Shown: positions 9,466 through 16,725 of the stretch, piece after piece
Position numbering within the stretch: the first letter of the stretch is position 1
How the letters are laid out: each line of letters opens with the position of its first letter
DNA from: an uncultured delta proteobacterium
GTDB lineage: Bacteria > Desulfobacterota > Binatia > Binatales > Binataceae
Length of the DNA stretch: 64,000 nucleotides
Direction: 5' to 3'
Assembly: GCA_963842085.1 (NCBI GenBank)
Contig: CAWJET010000002.1
Span: 384,001 to 448,000, forward strand
Program-made: the position numbers and the translations under genes
The notes under the pieces: generated by a model
Seen by the model: the letters and a program-made list of their open reading frames with translations, nothing else
Databases searched by the model: none
What the model was told of the DNA's origin: nothing

Positions 9466-9826
9466 CTTTCGCTTTAAACCACAATAACTAGGCGGTGTTT
9501 TTTCGAAAACAGGCGAAACTGTGACGCCATTCGGTTGCTGCAATTGCCGGAAAATCGTGCGGCGGCGAGCAAAGCACCGGGTTTCTTCGCTGCGCTCTGA
9601 ATGACACAAAGACGGACGTCTGACCTCAATCCCCGAGGAACCTGAGAGCGAAATGTCGTCCTCGACATTTCGCGATTAGCATTCTTTCTCACTAAGGCGC
9701 AGGTTTGACAGTGCTCTTTTCGCTGGGTGCAGGGGTCACCCCTGCCCAAGGAAGCGTGAAACCCACGGCGGGTTTCGCATTCAATCGTTTGTTCAGCTGT
9801 ACTCGTTATCCACCTGAAATAAAGAA

Positions 9827-9842
9827 CGTTTCACGTGAAACA
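9827..9842. promoter_or_regulatory. parS site (second copy)
   Basis: CGTTTCACGTGAAACA, 15/16 match to the parS palindrome. Confidence 0.8.
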
Positions 9843-10244
9843 TTTTCGCTTTAAATCGCAACAACCTGGCGGTGTTTTTCGAAAACAGGCGAAACTGTGA
9901 CGCCATTCGGTTGCTGCAATTGCGAGAAAATCGTGCGGGCATCGAGCGAAGCACCGGGTTTCTTCGCTGTGCTCTGAATGACACAAAGACGGACGTCTGA
10001 TCTCAATCCCCGAGGAACCTGAGAGCGAAATGTCGTCCTCGACATTTCGCGATTGGCGCTCTCCCTCACTAAGGCGCAGAGCCTGTCTTGGGCGGAGCCC
10101 AAGGAGGTTACCCTTGCTCTTTTCACTGGGTGCAGGGGTCACCCCTGCCCAAGGAAGCGTGAAACCCACGGTGGGTTTCATATCGAATCCGGTCCCTCGA
10201 CTTTGCGCAAAAACGTGTCAGATTGGCGCGGGAGAAAAACGGCG

Positions 10245-11747
10245 ATGCCTCAACTGATACTTGCCATCGACCAGGGAACTACCGGCACGACGGTTTTCGT
10301 CGTCGATGCGCGCGGGCGAATCCGCGGCCGCGCTTACGCCGAGATACGGCAGTTCTATCCCAAGCCCGGATGGGTCGAGCATGACCCCGAGGAGATCTAC
10401 CGCTCGGTCGTCACGCTATCGAAAAAAGCGATCGCCGCGGCGAAGATTTCGGCTTCCTCGGTCGCCGGAATCGGGATCACCAATCAGCGCGAGACGTTCG
10501 TGGTATGGGAGCGGCGCAGCGGCCGCCCCGTCTATCGCGCGATCGTGTGGCAATGCCGCCGCAGCGCGTCGATCTGCGATGCGTTGCGCGAGCGCGAGCC
10601 CGAGGTCGCGCGCCGCACGGGACTGCTCGTCGATCCTTACTTCTCGGGAACCAAACTCAAGTGGCTGCTCGACGAGAAACCCGAACTGCGCGCGCGCGGC
10701 CAGCGCGGCGAGCTGTGCTTCGGCACGATCGACACGTGGCTGGTGTATAAACTGTCGCGCGGCGCAGAGTTCGTGACCGATTACACCAACGCGTCCAGAA
10801 CGATGATGTTCAACCTGGCGCGCCGCGAATGGGACGACGAGATGCTCGCGATGCTGGGGGTTCCGCGCGAGATGCTGCCGCGGGCAGCGAGCTCGCGCGG
10901 GCCGCTGGCCGAGACGGCGCCGGGCACACTCGCGCCGCACGCGATTCCAATCGCGGCGGTGATCGGCGATCAGCAATCTGCACTGTATGGACAGGGCGCG
11001 GTCGAATCGGGCGACTCGAAGGCGACTTACGGGACGGGCGCGTTCCTGCTGATGAACACCGGCGACACGATGGTGCCGTCGGAGAATCGATTGCTCACGA
11101 CCGCGGCGCTTGGGCCCGCCGGCGAGCCTGCCTATGCGCTCGAGGGTTCGGTGTTTATCGCGGGCGCGGCCGTGCAATGGCTTCGCGACGGGCTGAAGCT
11201 GGTGCGCAAAGCTTCGGATACCTACGCCGAAGCGCGCGCCAGTCTCGCGAAAAATAAGGATCGCACGCAGCCTTACGTGGTGCCCGCGTTCGTTGGACTT
11301 GGCGCACCGCATTGGGACGCAAAAGCGCGCGGCGCGATCGTGGGAATCACCCGCGGCACGACCCGCGCCGACATAATCCGCGCGACGCTCGACAGCATCG
11401 CCTACCAGGTGCGCGACGTGATCGTTGCGATGGAATCCGACACCGGCCATCCGATGAGCGAGCTGCGGGCCGACGGCGGCGCCACCGCCAATCGCTACCT
11501 GATGCAGTTTCAGGCCGATATCCTTGGCAAGCCGGTGCGGCGCGCGAAGATAGCGGAGAGGACTGCGATGGGCGCGGCGATGCTCGCGGGCCTGGCGATG
11601 GGAGTGTGGAAGTCGCCTGGTGAAATGCACGCGATCGTCAAGGGCGCGGACGTGTTCAAGCCGAAAATGCAAACCGCAGAGCGTGAACGATTGCTTGCCG
11701 GATGGCATGACGCGGTCTCGCGCACGCTCACCAAGCCGTCTGATTGA
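10245..11747 (+). CDS. glpK: Glycerol kinase
   Basis: LAIDQGTTGT, GWVEHDP, GITNQRET, AIVWQCRR, DPYFSGTK, GDQQSALYG, KATYGTG. Start set at MPQLILAIDQ. Confidence 0.95.
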   Translation: MPQLILAIDQGTTGTTVFVVDARGRIRGRAYAEIRQFYPKPGWVEHDPEEIYRSVVTLSKKAIAAAKISASSVAGIGITNQRETFVVWERRSGRPVYRAIVWQCRRSASICDALREREPEVARRTGLLVDPYFSGTKLKWLLDEKPELRARGQRGELCFGTIDTWLVYKLSRGAEFVTDYTNASRTMMFNLARREWDDEMLAMLGVPREMLPRAASSRGPLAETAPGTLAPHAIPIAAVIGDQQSALYGQGAVESGDSKATYGTGAFLLMNTGDTMVPSENRLLTTAALGPAGEPAYALEGSVFIAGAAVQWLRDGLKLVRKASDTYAEARASLAKNKDRTQPYVVPAFVGLGAPHWDAKARGAIVGITRGTTRADIIRATLDSIAYQVRDVIVAMESDTGHPMSELRADGGATANRYLMQFQADILGKPVRRAKIAERTAMGAAMLAGLAMGVWKSPGEMHAIVKGADVFKPKMQTAERERLLAGWHDAVSRTLTKPSD

Positions 11748-11765
11748 ATCGAGGTAGCGAAAAAA

Positions 11766-12410
11766 ATGACCGTAAATGGAAAGCCGATCGTTACCGTCCT
11801 GTACCCCGAACAGCACGACCAGGCCGCGGACTCGCTGGGGCGCGCGTTCATCAACGATCCTACCTTCAAGTCGATAGTTCCGGATGTCACCGATCCCGCC
11901 GAGCGCGCCAGGCGTCTTCCGGACTTGTTCCGCGCGATGCTGGCGATAGAGCGCCGCAGCGGACAGCCGGTGTTCGGCGTGATTGATGACAATGGACGCG
12001 TCGTTGCGGCGGCGATGACCGAAGGCGTCGGGCATCCTGGCACGCTCGGTTTGCTCGCGACCGGTCTCGGCCAGATGCCGCGGCTGATTCGAGCGCTCGG
12101 GTGGGGCGGGCTTATCCGCGCGCTGAATCTATTCAGCGTACTGGCCGCCAATCATCCCAAGGAGCCGCATCTGTACCTGCAGGTGCTTGGATGCGATCCG
12201 CCGTTTCAGGGCAAGGGCTACGGCAAGGCGTTGCTCGATCGGCTTGCGCTCGAGGCAAGGGCGCGGCCCCAGATAGCCGGCGTTTACCTCGAGACTGCGA
12301 CCGAGGCCAACGTCGCCTTCTACAGCTCGAGGGGCTACGAAATTTTGGGCGAGCTGTACCCGCTGGGCGTGCGGACGTGGCGGATGTACCAGCGCAGGCG
12401 GCAGGGGTGA
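11766..12410 (+). CDS. GNAT family acetyltransferase
   Basis: HLYLQVLGCDPPFQGKGYGKALL; YLETATEANVAFYSSRGY. Confidence 0.85.
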   Translation: MTVNGKPIVTVLYPEQHDQAADSLGRAFINDPTFKSIVPDVTDPAERARRLPDLFRAMLAIERRSGQPVFGVIDDNGRVVAAAMTEGVGHPGTLGLLATGLGQMPRLIRALGWGGLIRALNLFSVLAANHPKEPHLYLQVLGCDPPFQGKGYGKALLDRLALEARARPQIAGVYLETATEANVAFYSSRGYEILGELYPLGVRTWRMYQRRRQG

Positions 12411-12421
12411 CCCCTGCACCC
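12401..12421. repeat. GCAGGGGT(C/G)ACCCCTGC palindromic repeat overlapping the GNAT stop codon
   Basis: The same 17-bp palindrome occurs at 9729-9745, 10132-10148 and 51244-51260. Confidence 0.75.
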
Positions 12422-12494
12422 GGTATTAAGAATAGAAGGTAAAGGCGCGCCCTCTCCGTGGCTGGTTCTCCCTTCCGCGCGGGAAGGGGAACCG

Positions 12495-12773
12495 TTACGA
12501 CGCGGCAGTGCGCGGACGTAGCGTAGTCACGCGCAGTCCCTTGGAGGTCCATCCGACGTCGAAGCCGACGATGTCGCCCTCGCGAATCAGATCGATCCCC
12601 GGCATCGCGCCGCCGATTGGAGCACCCGCCACGGCCACGAATGGAAACTCGAAGGGGATTTCCTTGCCGCTATGCGAGCGCACGATGCCGCGTCCGCGGG
12701 CGCGGTCGAGCTTGAGGATCATGCCCTGGTAGAAGTTTCCGGGAAAGCGCTCGCTGTCGTAGTCATCGGCCAC
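12495..12773 (-). CDS. Small OB-fold / cold-shock-domain-like hypothetical protein
   Basis: GMILKLDRARGRGIV...IPF...IREGDIVGFDV...KGLRVTTL follows the CSD strand pattern with degenerate RNP motifs. Confidence 0.55.
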   Translation of the reverse strand: MADDYDSERFPGNFYQGMILKLDRARGRGIVRSHSGKEIPFEFPFVAVAGAPIGGAMPGIDLIREGDIVGFDVGWTSKGLRVTTLRPRTAAS

Positions 12774-12820
12774 GATCTAAGGGAGTAGCACCCCAGGGCG
12801 CTGCGGAAAAGCGGCAGATG

Positions 12821-12853
12821 AAAAAGCCGGCGATGATTGCGTCATCGCCGGCT
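12821..12853 (-). terminator. Rho-independent terminator
   Basis: AGCCGGCGATGA/TCATCGCCGGCT stem with a T-run on the minus strand, downstream of 12886-13530. Confidence 0.7.
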
Positions 12854-12885
12854 CGAATCGCGGCTCGATTCGCGCGAGGAAACGA

Positions 12886-13530
12886 TCAGGTACCCAGTTT
12901 GTAATCGATCACCGTGGCCGATTCCACCAGCAGCTTTCCATTCCACATTTTCTTGGTCTCTTCCTTGACCAAACCGCCTTGGACGTCATCCGACAGCCAG
13001 TCCTTGGCCCAGGATACCTCGGGTCCGGTCTTGATCGTGGTCTCGATCCAATGAGTCTTGATCTTATTGCCCATTACAGTCAGGTCCTCGTCGCCTTGGG
13101 TCTCCTTGACCGTCTGCTGCTTGGGAGGCTTTTCCCACAGCGAGTCGCTTGCGTTGCTGACCTCGCCGTTGGCGAAGAGTGTCACCTTGTCGGCAGGCAT
13201 CTCGGTTTCGCTGCCGTCGCCCAGATCGATCCTGGTCTCCTCGAGGACGGCTTTGTCCTTGTTGAGATCGATCAGCTTGGAGTTGATGCGCATGACTGCG
13301 GCGTGGGGCGGATGCGCCATCGCTTCTACGACGCCGACATTGTTCTCACGATGTTCGAAGACTTTCCGCTCGATGGTAACGTAAGTGCCGGGTTTGAAGT
13401 GAGCCCATTGCGCGTACTCCGGATTAGCCGGCTCCGGTGGGTGCGAATCGTCAGCGGCCATCAGAAAGAGGCTTGCGCACAAAACACTGGAGACCAGGAT
13501 CGCCGCGGAGAGTGTCGGCCGGAACCTCAT
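12886..13530 (-). CDS. Exported beta-rich hypothetical protein
   Basis: Signal peptide MRFRPTLSAAILVSSVLCASLFLMA; NPEYAQWAHFKPG; upstream GGAGG. Confidence 0.75.
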   Translation of the reverse strand: MRFRPTLSAAILVSSVLCASLFLMAADDSHPPEPANPEYAQWAHFKPGTYVTIERKVFEHRENNVGVVEAMAHPPHAAVMRINSKLIDLNKDKAVLEETRIDLGDGSETEMPADKVTLFANGEVSNASDSLWEKPPKQQTVKETQGDEDLTVMGNKIKTHWIETTIKTGPEVSWAKDWLSDDVQGGLVKEETKKMWNGKLLVESATVIDYKLGT

Positions 13531-13760
13531 GGTGGACCTCCTGAAATGACGTAGGTAGAAGCCGATAAGTTATAGTCGAGCTATGCGCGGGATCCTACTG
13601 AAACAAAATTGTCGATGTCAACCGTAACCGGCCGGGCGCTGCGCGCGTGCGCCAGGCTCGGTTGACATTGGACTTCAGGATTCGTTAGATGGGAGCACTG
13701 ACTCAGGGATTTCGACGATTAACGGATACGACCGGGAGTGAGTTCCCATCAGGAGGAACC

Positions 13761-14087
13761 GTGGAATCCGACAACCCCGCCATCCGCAACAGACTTAAGG
13801 AACGCCTTCGCACGCTTATCGGCACGGGCGCCAGCACTATCGTGCTCGCGACAACGATACTTAGCGGGCTCCCTGCCGACGCCAATGTCGCGGACACCAG
13901 TCCGGCGGATACTCTCCAGAATCGCGTCGAGAAAGTGCGCCCCCAGGTTCAGGACGCGAACGCCAACCTGCAGCAGCAGGGCGATTCGAAAATCCAGCTG
14001 GCGTGGTGGCGCAATTGGCGCAACGGCGGTTGGCGCGGATGGGGCTGGCCGAACTGGCACAACTGGCGTAACTGGGGCAACTGGTAA
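13761..14087 (+). CDS. GrrA/OscA-like triceptide (cyclophane RiPP) precursor peptide
   Basis: AGGAGG at 13751-13756 then GTG at 13761. Signal-like hydrophobic stretch, LQNRVEKVR helix, then QLA followed by the core WWRNWRNGGWRGWGWPNWHNWRNWGNW with six W-x-N motifs. Confidence 0.9.
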   Translation: MESDNPAIRNRLKERLRTLIGTGASTIVLATTILSGLPADANVADTSPADTLQNRVEKVRPQVQDANANLQQQGDSKIQLAWWRNWRNGGWRGWGWPNWHNWRNWGNW

Positions 14088-14129
14088 AATTTTCCCAACT
14101 ACGCAGCGCGGCATCGGGCAGTACTCGAG

Positions 14130-15299
14130 ATGGCTGCGGTCAATAGATGGCGAATCGCCGGGCCGCTCGAGCTGCTGGTACTGCAGCCCACTCCGTTCTG
14201 CAATCTCGATTGCACATACTGCTACCTTCCTGAGCGCGACTCGAAACGCAGGATGTCCGATGCGACCCTGAATCGGGTTTTTGAATTCGTCTTTTCAAGC
14301 GGAATAGTTGAGCAGGGTTTCACCGTGGTGTGGCACGCGGGCGAGCCGATGGTCCTGCCGATTGCCTATTACGAACGCGCGATCGAAATTGTCAGCGCGC
14401 ATAATCCCGGCGGCTTGCAGGTTGGGCATTCGTTCCAGACCAATGGCGTGCTGATAGACGACGCGTGGTGCGAATTTTTCAAAGCGCATCGCGTCAACGT
14501 CGGAGTCAGCGTTGACGGGCCCGCGTTTCTTCACGATCGCAATCGAAAAACGCGCAAGGGCGGCGGGACTCATCATCGAGTGATGGAAGGGATCCGAAGA
14601 CTGCAGAGCAACGAGGTGCCGTTCCACGTGATCTCCGTGCTGACGGGAGAGTCACTCGACTACGCCGACGAGCTGTTCGATTTCTACATCGAGAACGAGA
14701 TCCGGGAGATTGCGTTCAACATCGAGGAGATCGAAGGACCGCACGCCGGGTCGACGCTCGTCGGCGCGGGCGTCGACGATAGATTCCGCCGCTTTATCGG
14801 CAGAGTTTTTGAGCTGGTCGCGCGCGACGACTCGGCCATCAGCGTACGCGAGTTTGATTCGCTCATTCCGATGATTCTTGGCAGTGGCGGCAAGGACAAC
14901 GACTTTCCGCCAACCCAGGAAAACGCACCTTGCGCGATATTGAGCGTGGACTGCGAAGGCAACTTCACTACTTACTCGCCGGAACTGCTCGGCCTCAAGA
15001 GTAGTCACTATGGCGATTTTGCAATAGGCAATGTGAATACAGATACGCTCGCGTCTGCGATTAATTCCGAGAAATTTCAGCGTATGAGTAGTGATATCGC
15101 GCGCGGACTGAGTAAGTGCCGCGAGACATGTGAGTATTATAGTTTGTGCGGCGGCGGCGCGCCGGTGAATAAGTACTTCGAGAATGGCTCGTTCGATTCG
15201 ACCGAGACCATGTTCTGCCGTTTGAATCGCAAGGCAATCGTCGATGTGATTGTCGCGAAGCTGCAACATCCGATTGGCGCCGTGACCGACGCGGCCTGA
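14130..15299 (+). CDS. grrM: Cyclophane-forming radical SAM/SPASM peptide maturase (GrrM/OscB family)
   Basis: LVLQPTPFCNLDCTYCYLP (CxxxCxxC), WHAGEP, QTNG, GVSVDGP, FNIEEIEG, SPELLG, and SPASM CRETCEYYSLCGGGAPVNKYFENGSFDSTETMFC. Confidence 0.9.
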   Translation: MAAVNRWRIAGPLELLVLQPTPFCNLDCTYCYLPERDSKRRMSDATLNRVFEFVFSSGIVEQGFTVVWHAGEPMVLPIAYYERAIEIVSAHNPGGLQVGHSFQTNGVLIDDAWCEFFKAHRVNVGVSVDGPAFLHDRNRKTRKGGGTHHRVMEGIRRLQSNEVPFHVISVLTGESLDYADELFDFYIENEIREIAFNIEEIEGPHAGSTLVGAGVDDRFRRFIGRVFELVARDDSAISVREFDSLIPMILGSGGKDNDFPPTQENAPCAILSVDCEGNFTTYSPELLGLKSSHYGDFAIGNVNTDTLASAINSEKFQRMSSDIARGLSKCRETCEYYSLCGGGAPVNKYFENGSFDSTETMFCRLNRKAIVDVIVAKLQHPIGAVTDAA

Positions 15300-15310
15300 C
15301 GCGAAATTCA

Positions 15311-15883
15311 GTGAAAATTCGTGACGCGCCGCGGTACCAGAGCCGGCTGACGCCGGCCGAACGTGTGCAGGTGTTCGACTCCAGCAAATGGAAGCCGGCA
15401 AGCGCGGACGAGCTGGCGGCATGGACCGGCAATCGTGAGCCGTCCGCTGACGACGTGTTGGTGATCGGCATCCCCCGGCACTTGCTTAAGCGCTGGTGGA
15501 GTCTGGCTGAATCGGACCATATAACCAAGGGGTTTGAGGGCTATGGGCGCGAGGTCGCCGAGTATTTCGAGTACAAGAAGTGGCGCTGGCCGGTCCTTGC
15601 TTTGCTGGAGGTGGTGGCTGCCGGCGGCAAGGGCGATAGAGCGCTGGTACCGAGTAACCCGATGCGGTTCGGCAACGGAGTAGGGACACTGTTCGCGTGC
15701 ATCAACCTGGGCGAGGAGAATGCTGCGATCGCGATCGACGCGGGGTCGGGGCGGATTCGCGTCATCCTCGAGCCCGGCGAGGGTGTGATGCTGCCGGAGA
15801 GCGGTATCCGCTGGAATCGATCGGCGCTCGGCGGCTCGGACGTTGCGATTACGATGCTGATCGGAGAGCTCTCAACTGAATAG
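15311..15883 (+). CDS. Hypothetical protein downstream of the rSAM maturase (possible cupin/DSBH-like C-terminus)
   Basis: Starts 11 bp after the grrM stop on the same strand; C-terminal FACINLGEE...RVILEPGEGVMLP beta-strand pattern. Confidence 0.65.
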   Translation: MKIRDAPRYQSRLTPAERVQVFDSSKWKPASADELAAWTGNREPSADDVLVIGIPRHLLKRWWSLAESDHITKGFEGYGREVAEYFEYKKWRWPVLALLEVVAAGGKGDRALVPSNPMRFGNGVGTLFACINLGEENAAIAIDAGSGRIRVILEPGEGVMLPESGIRWNRSALGGSDVAITMLIGELSTE

Positions 15884-15890
15884 TCACTCG

Positions 15891-16196
15891 CTACGGCATC
15901 GACATGCAGGTTTGTAGTTCGCCGAGGGCGTTGTCGATGTATCCGATCGCGTTGGCCTTATGCCCGTGATAGTCATTCGCGGCTTTGGCCTGTAGTACGT
16001 AGCGCGCGTGCTGCAGCTCGTTCATTGCTTGTGAGATTTCAGGATGGCCGCCCGGTGGAGGTCCGCCGTAGTAGCCAGGGCCTTCAGGGGGCGGACCGTA
16101 AGGACCGCTGCTGTAAGCGGGGCCCTGCGAACACGCGGCACAGGCCAGCACGATCCCGAAGATGACGCCGCTGGCGAAACACAATCCTTTGACCAT
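15891..16196 (-). CDS. Small lipoprotein with a Pro/Gly linker and a His-containing helical hairpin
   Basis: AAGGAGG RBS before ATG 16196; lipobox-like LACAAC; HPEISQAMNELQHA...DYHGHKANAIGYID. Confidence 0.7.
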   Translation of the reverse strand: MVKGLCFASGVIFGIVLACAACSQGPAYSSGPYGPPPEGPGYYGGPPPGGHPEISQAMNELQHARYVLQAKAANDYHGHKANAIGYIDNALGELQTCMSMP

Positions 16197-16209
16197 AGAA
16201 ATCCTCCTT

Positions 16210-16623
16210 TCATGGAAAGTGGCGATCGATATAGGTAAGCGCGGACTCGAGGTCAGGCAATATCTTGGTGCAAAAACGGACCATCCACGGCGAGCATTCC
16301 GCAAAACTGAACGGGCTGAACGCGATCACGAACTTGCCGAGATCGTGTCCGGCGTAGAAGACCTCCATCGCGGTACCGAGCGAGGGCTTACAGTAGTTCA
16401 CCAGCAGCAGGTCGGCGTCGCGAACGTCCTGCAAATCGAACTCGACGATTTCATTGGCCGAATCGATCTCGCGGTCGCGAAAGTTGCGCCGCATCGGATC
16501 GAGCAGGATGAATCTTCCGGCCAGGCGTTCCTTGGCGCGCGTGCGCCAGTCCTTGGCCGAGCGCTCGGACTCCGCATCCATGATTGGACCGCAGAGGTAG
16601 ATTTTTCGGACGCCGTCCGCCAT
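16210..16623 (-). CDS. Nucleoside 2-deoxyribosyltransferase-like protein
   Basis: KIYLCGPI, LLDPMRR, DLQDVRDADLLLVN, SLGTAMEVFYA. Confidence 0.75.
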   Translation of the reverse strand: MADGVRKIYLCGPIMDAESERSAKDWRTRAKERLAGRFILLDPMRRNFRDREIDSANEIVEFDLQDVRDADLLLVNYCKPSLGTAMEVFYAGHDLGKFVIAFSPFSFAECSPWMVRFCTKILPDLESALTYIDRHFP

Positions 16624-16641
16624 CGCGGCGCAATCTACCAT

Positions 16642-16721
16642 ATCCGGGTCAAAGCCGATAAGTTCTACGATGGCCGCGCCAGCGGCGTTCCAAATCCCGG
16701 TCAAAGCCGATAAGTTTTACG
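16642..16721 (+). repeat. 28-bp direct repeat (26/28 identical, 52-bp period) containing GCCGATAAGTT
   Basis: ATCCGGGTCAAAGCCGATAAGTTCTACG at 16642-16669 and ATCCCGGTCAAAGCCGATAAGTTTTACG at 16694-16721. Confidence 0.85.
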
Positions 16722-16725
16722 CCGA

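Larger units (their letters stand above)
9450..10182. repeat. Tandem duplication of a ~330-355 bp non-coding unit (copies 9450-9780 and 9827-10182)
   Basis: Long identical tracts in both copies, e.g. CGAAAACAGGCGAAACTGTGACGCCATTCGGTTGCTGCAATTGC. Copy 2 has an extra CTTGGGC-GGA-GCCCAAG hairpin. Confidence 0.95.

Noticed and set aside
9450-10182. CRISPR array or oriC
   Set aside because: There are only two long units with no short repeat-spacer periodicity and no cas genes. One imperfect DnaA box with no dnaA or clear unwinding element is not enough for oriC.
9474-10257. Short ORFs within the tandem repeat and the 64-aa N-terminal extension of glpK
   Set aside because: They translate palindromic repeat DNA in different frames in the two copies; glpK homology starts at 10245.
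13662-13690. sigma70 promoter for the RiPP operon (TTGACA)
   Set aside because: The -35 is perfect but the -10 candidates (TTAGAT, TAGATG) are poor, so it was not listed as a feature.
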